From an uncultured virus (IMG/VR IMGVR_UViG_3300012936_000007) (Duplodnaviria > Heunggongvirae > Uroviricota > Caudoviricetes): DNA of 64,000 nucleotides. The translations under genes and the position numbers were made by a program. The stretch's first letter is position 1. Each line of letters begins with the position of its first letter. Shown here in pieces: positions 59,253 through 64,000 of the stretch. The stretch lies in the IMG/VR virus record IMGVR_UViG_3300012936_000007; one strand, 5' to 3'. Under the pieces are notes generated by a model. It had not been told where the DNA came from. It worked only from the letters and a program-made list of their open reading frames with translations, and made no database searches.

Positions 59253-60806
59253 ATGGATATATTTGGATTTGAAATCACTCGTAAGAAAGACGAGTTAAGA
59301 GCTACCGAGGTCAAAACTGCAAAGAGTTTTGTGCCTCAGGTTGATGATGACGGAACACCAGTCATCTCGCAACAAGCAGGTTTTATATCGGGTGGGGCAT
59401 ATGGTGCCTATGTCGATATGGAAGGTGGTATTAAGAATGAGATTGAACTCATTCGAAGATACCGTGAAACTTCCTTAGTACCTGAATGTGACGCAGCTAT
59501 TGAAGATATAGTGAATGAGTGTATCACATCGGATAGTGCCGATAGGATAGTAACACTCGACCTCAGAGACGTAAAGCTCTCTGATAGCATTAAGAAAAAA
59601 ATGCAAGACGAGTTTTACGCAATCCTATCAATGATGAAGTTCAATCAGAACTCTCACGAAATATTCCGAAAATGGTACATCGATGGAAGAATTTACTTCC
59701 ATAAGGTCGTTGATAGCAATCGAACCAAAGCAGGTTTGGTTGACATCAGGAATGTTGACCCTCTTAAAATTAAGAAGGTTAGAAACATAGAGACCAAAAA
59801 AGATAAGAAGTTAGGTGTAGACATTGTTAAGAAAACGGAAGAATTCTACATTTTTAACGACAAAGGTTTCGAAAAGACTGGTACTAATGAAGGTACAACA
59901 GTCAAAATTGCACCTGAAGCGATTACATATACGACTTCAGGTTTGTTAGATTATAACAAAAATGCAGTTGTTGGTTATCTGCACAAAGCATTGAAAACTG
60001 CGAACCAGTTATCAATGATGGAAGATGCACTAGTAATCTATAGATTGTCTAGAGCACCTGAAAGAAGGATATTCTACATTGACGTAGGTAACCTTCCAAA
60101 GGCAAAAGCAGAACAGTATCTTGCAGATGTTATGAACAAGTATAGAAATAAACTTGTATATAACGCAGATACTGGTGAAATCAAAGATGATAGAAAACAT
60201 ATGAGTATGTTGGAAGATTTTTGGTTACCAAGAAGAGAAGGTGGTAGAGGAACGGAAATTACAACCTTGCCAGGTGGACAAAACCTTGCAGAAATTGACG
60301 ATGTAGAATACTTCAAGAAGAAGTTATATCAGTCATTAAATGTTCCAAGTTCTAGAATGGAAGCTGAGAACGGATTCAATATGGGTCGTTCTTCAGAGAT
60401 TTCTAGAGACGAATTGAAGTTTAATAAGTTTACTAACAGACTTCAGAAGAAGTTTGCTAGATGTTTTACCGACCTTTTAAGAACTCAATTAGTTCTTAAA
60501 GAGATTGTTCAGGCAGAAGAGTTTGATAAAATAAAAGATTTTATACAATACGACTACACTGCAGACAATCACTTTACTGAACTAAAAGAACAAGAGATTA
60601 TGAGAGAAAGGTTAGATGCATTAGGAAGTGCATCTGAATATGTTGGTAAATACTTCAGTAATGAGTATGTAAGAAAGTATATCTTACGTCAAACTGAAGA
60701 AGATATTAAAGAAATTGATGCTCAAATAGCACAAGAAAAGGCTGACGGTGTTGGTCAAGATGACCAAGACGGTTTTTACAACAGTAATGAGTTTGGAGAT
60801 AATTAA
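59253..60806 (+). CDS. gp20: portal protein gp20
   Basis: YRLSRAPERRIFYIDVGNLPK.KAEQY, EDFWLPRREGGRGTEITTLPGG. Confidence 0.98.
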   Translation: MDIFGFEITRKKDELRATEVKTAKSFVPQVDDDGTPVISQQAGFISGGAYGAYVDMEGGIKNEIELIRRYRETSLVPECDAAIEDIVNECITSDSADRIVTLDLRDVKLSDSIKKKMQDEFYAILSMMKFNQNSHEIFRKWYIDGRIYFHKVVDSNRTKAGLVDIRNVDPLKIKKVRNIETKKDKKLGVDIVKKTEEFYIFNDKGFEKTGTNEGTTVKIAPEAITYTTSGLLDYNKNAVVGYLHKALKTANQLSMMEDALVIYRLSRAPERRIFYIDVGNLPKAKAEQYLADVMNKYRNKLVYNADTGEIKDDRKHMSMLEDFWLPRREGGRGTEITTLPGGQNLAEIDDVEYFKKKLYQSLNVPSSRMEAENGFNMGRSSEISRDELKFNKFTNRLQKKFARCFTDLLRTQLVLKEIVQAEEFDKIKDFIQYDYTADNHFTELKEQEIMRERLDALGSASEYVGKYFSNEYVRKYILRQTEEDIKEIDAQIAQEKADGVGQDDQDGFYNSNEFGDN

Positions 60807-60979
60807 TGAGTAAGATAGCGAGAGAAATAGTTGATACAATAGCAGATAAAGAACTTGCAAACGCAAAGGATTTAATCAATCAAGGTATCAAAGAAAAGGC
60901 TGCACAAGCAGTTGATTTCAAGAGAGTTGAAAGTCAAACCAACTGGATGGACGTTCCTGCAGAGGATACGGAAGAGTAA
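60806..60979 (+). CDS. small prohead core protein (gp67-like), 57 aa
   Basis: MSKIAREIVDTIADKELANAKDLINQGIKEK...; TAATG overlaps on both sides; gp67 position; missed by the ORF track. Confidence 0.65.
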   Translation: MSKIAREIVDTIADKELANAKDLINQGIKEKAAQAVDFKRVESQTNWMDVPAEDTEE

Positions 60980-61275
60980 TGAAACATTTTACCGAGATAA
61001 TGGTAGAACTAAATGAAGCGAAGTTTAAACTTCCTTCAGGACACAAAGAACTCGAAAGAGACAGTGTCAAAGTCGGTAGTAAAATACACGATATAGTTTT
61101 TAGTCAGAAGTCAGGTAAAGTACACGCATTCGTAGATGGTCAAAGTATGGGAGACCCATATAGAGACCTAAAGAGTGCAAAGAAAGAGTTTAAAGACATT
61201 AAACAGATAATGAAACAAATGGGTGAAGATTTTGATGTCTCAATAGAGGAAATAATAAATGAAATTAATAGCTGA
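60979..61275 (+). CDS. hypothetical prohead-region protein (gp68 position)
   Basis: Lies between gp67-like and gp21; LNEA motif may be a gp21 cleavage site. Confidence 0.55.
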   Translation: MKHFTEIMVELNEAKFKLPSGHKELERDSVKVGSKIHDIVFSQKSGKVHAFVDGQSMGDPYRDLKSAKKEFKDIKQIMKQMGEDFDVSIEEIINEINS

Positions 61276-61906
61276 ATTTAACGAAACCATATCACCCGTT
61301 ATTACGGAGGCCGCAAACGGTAAGAAAGAATACTTCATTGAAGGTGTATTCATGCAGTCCGACATTAAAAACAGAAACGGTAGAGTCTATCCAAAAGCAA
61401 TTATGGAGAAGGAAGTTAACCGATATAAGAAGGAGTTCGTAGAGAAAGACCGTGCATTCGGTGAACTAGGACACCCTGAAGGCCCAACTATTAATTTAGA
61501 TAAAGTATCTCACTTAATCCAGTCCCTTGAACTGGAAGGTAAAAACTATGTGGGTAAAGCAAAAGTTTTGAGTACTCCAAACGGAGAGATTGTTAAGGCT
61601 CTCATTAATGATGGTGCAAAACTCGGAGTATCTTCTAGAGGACTTGGTTCACTAGAACAAAAGGGTAACGCACAATATGTTAAGGACGATTTTCAACTTG
61701 CAACTGCAGGTGATATAGTCGCAGACCCTTCTGCACCTGAGGCATTTGTCGAAGGAATTATGGAAGGTGTTGAGTGGGTAATGGAAAATGGTATCTTAAC
61801 AAGAGTTCAAGTTGAGACTATGCAGAACGAAATGCGTAATGCTAAGAGAAATCAACTTGAAGAAACGAAGTTAAATCTATGGAAAAGGTTCGTTGAGAGT
61901 CTATAA
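61259..61906 (+). CDS. gp21: prohead protease gp21
   Basis: IEG.FMQ....NRNGRVYP, GELGHP, GVSSRG.GS, D.VADPSAP.AFV. Confidence 0.97.
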   Translation: MKLIAEFNETISPVITEAANGKKEYFIEGVFMQSDIKNRNGRVYPKAIMEKEVNRYKKEFVEKDRAFGELGHPEGPTINLDKVSHLIQSLELEGKNYVGKAKVLSTPNGEIVKALINDGAKLGVSSRGLGSLEQKGNAQYVKDDFQLATAGDIVADPSAPEAFVEGIMEGVEWVMENGILTRVQVETMQNEMRNAKRNQLEETKLNLWKRFVESL

Positions 61907-61908
61907 CA

Positions 61909-61916
61909 TATAAATA
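61909..61916 (+). promoter_or_regulatory. T4 late promoter
   Basis: TATAAATA upstream of gp22. Confidence 0.8.
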
Positions 61917-61956
61917 AAATAAAGTAATACATAAAGTATTAAAACAGGAGAAAAAA

Positions 61957-63294
61957 ATGGCAGAGTTAGAAAATAACCTAGAAACTACTGAAGAAGTAGT
62001 TGAGACTATTGAAGAGGGTCAACAACCTGATTCTAAGTCTGAAAAAGGTGACAAGAAACCAGTCAAACAAGGTTCATCCGATGCTGAATCAATAGAAGCA
62101 GGCAAAGCGGAAGTCGTCCCAGTTGAAACCAATCCTGTTGACAAAGCAGTTAAAGCAGTAAAAGACGCTGAGAAAAAAGTTCCTTCTAATGAAGGTGACC
62201 CTCAGAAGAAAGGTGCTGGTAAGGCTGAAAAGCAAGAGAAAATCAAAGAAGATGCAAAACCTTCAAAGATGGAATCAATTAAAGCTATAGTCAACGTAAT
62301 GAAGGAAATGACAAAAGACGAACTCCAATCAGTATTGTCTACAATATCTGAATCAGAAGAGGACGATAGTTTGACTAAAGCAGAAGTTGCGAGAGCAGTT
62401 GTTGAGTCTTTGAAGACTATGGACGAAGACAAAGTTGGAGAAATCCTAGAGTCTTTATCTAAAGAGGAAGAAACTGAAGTTGTTTCAGAAGAATCAGAAG
62501 AAGATGCAGTTGCAGAAGAAGTTTCTGCAGATGTTGAATCCTCACTAGTTGAAATTGAAATAGATGACGACCTATCAGCGATTTCAGAAGCACTAGACCT
62601 ATCTGAAGAGAATTCAGAAAAAGCTAAGACAATCTTTAAAGCTGCAGTTCAAAGTAAAGTTGCAGAAATTAAAGAAGAACTTGATGCAAAATATCAAGAA
62701 GAATTAAAAACCACAGTTGAGACTGTCAAAGACGACCTTTCGGAAGCAGTTGACAAGTACTTAACATATTGTGCAGAAGAGTGGACGAAAGAAAACGAAC
62801 TCGCAATCGAACGTGGTTTGAGGTCAGAAATGACTGAGAACTTCATCGAAGGACTTAAAACATTGTTCGTAGAACACTACGTTGATGTCCCTGAAGATAA
62901 GTACGATGTTATTGACGAACTCGCAAATCGTCTTGAAGAGATGGAAGCAAAACTTGACGGTGAAGTGTCTAATAACATGGCAATCACTGAAGAGTTAGAC
63001 GGTCTCAAAAGACAAAATGTTGTATCAGAAGCATCGAAAGATTTGACTGATACTCAAAAAGAGAAACTTTCTTCACTTGCTGAAGGAGTAGATTTCAAAG
63101 ATACAGAAGACTTCGCTGAGAAGGTTTCTGAACTCAAAGAAGCATACTTCAAAGTAGACGGTGAGAAAGTAGAGGCGGAAACTAATATCCAAGAAGGTGC
63201 AAACGAATTCGAAGTTGAAGAAACAGAGAAGAAGTTAGAACCTGTAATGGAAAAGTATTCGTCTGCAATAACCAAACTTAACCCATTGGGATAA
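61957..63294 (+). CDS. gp22: prohead scaffold gp22
   Basis: KA.TIF.AAV, VD.YL.Y..EEW..ENELAIERG...E..E.F..GLK.LF.EHY...P. Confidence 0.92.
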   Translation: MAELENNLETTEEVVETIEEGQQPDSKSEKGDKKPVKQGSSDAESIEAGKAEVVPVETNPVDKAVKAVKDAEKKVPSNEGDPQKKGAGKAEKQEKIKEDAKPSKMESIKAIVNVMKEMTKDELQSVLSTISESEEDDSLTKAEVARAVVESLKTMDEDKVGEILESLSKEEETEVVSEESEEDAVAEEVSADVESSLVEIEIDDDLSAISEALDLSEENSEKAKTIFKAAVQSKVAEIKEELDAKYQEELKTTVETVKDDLSEAVDKYLTYCAEEWTKENELAIERGLRSEMTENFIEGLKTLFVEHYVDVPEDKYDVIDELANRLEEMEAKLDGEVSNNMAITEELDGLKRQNVVSEASKDLTDTQKEKLSSLAEGVDFKDTEDFAEKVSELKEAYFKVDGEKVEAETNIQEGANEFEVEETEKKLEPVMEKYSSAITKLNPLG

Positions 63295-63318
63295 GTTTTA
63301 ATTTAAAGGAAAAAGAAA

Positions 63319-64000
63319 ATGTTTTTATCAGAAAACTTACAAGAAAAGTGGCAACCGATTCTAGAACATTCCGATTTACCAAAAATCGAGGATAACTACA
63401 AGCGTGCTGTTACTGCAGTAATTCTTGAAAACCAAGAGAAAGCTCTACAAGAGCAGAACTTGCAAGAAGCTGCACCTTTAAATGCTACTGGAACAGGTAT
63501 TTCTAACTGGGATCCTATATTAATCTCATTAGTTAGACGTGCTATGCCAAATCTCGTTGCATACGACATTTGTGGAGTTCAACCAATGACTGGCCCTACA
63601 GGATTAATCTTTGCTATGAAAGCAAGATATAATGATTATCCTTCAGGAACAAGATTAGCTAAAACCGAAGCTATGGGTATTGACGAAGTACATTCTGATT
63701 ACTCTGGCGGCCCTAACCCAACAGCTGCAGGCCCACTTGCTGCTCAGAACCAAGACCCGTTTAACGGTTCTTATGCGACTGACACTGGTGAAGGTATGTC
63801 TACTGCAAACGCAGAAGCATTGGGTGATGTCGAAGCTTCAAACGGTTTTGCTCAAATGGGTTTCTCAATCGAGAAAGCTACTGTTACTGCTAAGTCAAGA
63901 GCATTAAAAGCTGAGTACACACTCGAACTTGCACAAGACCTTAAAGCAATCCACGGTCTTGATGCAGAATCAGAATTAGCAAATATTCTAAGTTCTGAAA
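63319..64000 (+). CDS. gp23: major capsid protein gp23 (5' part; runs off the window)
   Basis: MFLSENLQEKWQPILEH...LENQE, DPILISLVRRAMP.L.AYDICGVQPMTGPTGLIFAM, SRALKAEYT.ELAQDLKAIHGLDAE.EL. Confidence 0.97.
   Translation, partial: MFLSENLQEKWQPILEHSDLPKIEDNYKRAVTAVILENQEKALQEQNLQEAAPLNATGTGISNWDPILISLVRRAMPNLVAYDICGVQPMTGPTGLIFAMKARYNDYPSGTRLAKTEAMGIDEVHSDYSGGPNPTAAGPLAAQNQDPFNGSYATDTGEGMSTANAEALGDVEASNGFAQMGFSIEKATVTAKSRALKAEYTLELAQDLKAIHGLDAESELANILSSE

Noticed and set aside
591..63275. Numerous minus-strand and alternate-frame ORFs in the track (e.g. 12491-13126, 18121-18654, 33695-34276, 46184-46813)
   Set aside because: All lie inside well-supported + strand genes, lack RBS and protein motifs, and are explained by codon bias or by the repeats
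63680..63907. 75-aa + strand ORF
   Set aside because: Alternate frame inside gp23, which the track omitted because it runs off the window

Overview
64 kb of a large, AT-rich T4-like myovirus genome, with every credible gene on the + strand. The gene set and order resemble marine cyanophage/pelagiphage-type T4 relatives; a proteobacterial host is inferred from the S21 sequence only. The window runs from late accessory and replication genes (SleB-type hydrolase, DenV-like glycosylase, exonuclease, gp33, gp59, gp32, an amino-methyltransferase, ribosomal protein bS21) through gp4, gp2 and the baseplate block (gp54, gp26/gp51, tape measure, gp48, gp53, hub, gp5, gp25, gp6, gp7-like, gp8, VrlC-like). 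It continues through a ~17 kb accessory fibre region, then neck, ACP, gp15, terminase, sheath, tube, portal and prohead genes, and ends in the 5' part of gp23. T4 late promoters (TATAAATA) precede many late units. The most unusual element is a pair of paralogous cassettes. Each is a fibre gene ending in GxLW, then a Gln/Pro/Tyr decapeptide-repeat protein with a C-terminal Hint autoprocessing domain, then a second repeat protein. The second cassette is followed by a glycosyltransferase fusion, a putative chaperone and 2OG-Fe(II) oxygenases. Together these suggest a self-cleaving, hydroxylated and glycosylated fibre system (inference). Other candidates are a -1 frameshift fusing gp26 to gp51, structured intergenic RNAs, a type-1-copper-like domain in the baseplate, and context-dependent avoidance of GGWCC, CCWGG and GATC. 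All calls come from reading motifs and synteny by eye; no searches were run.
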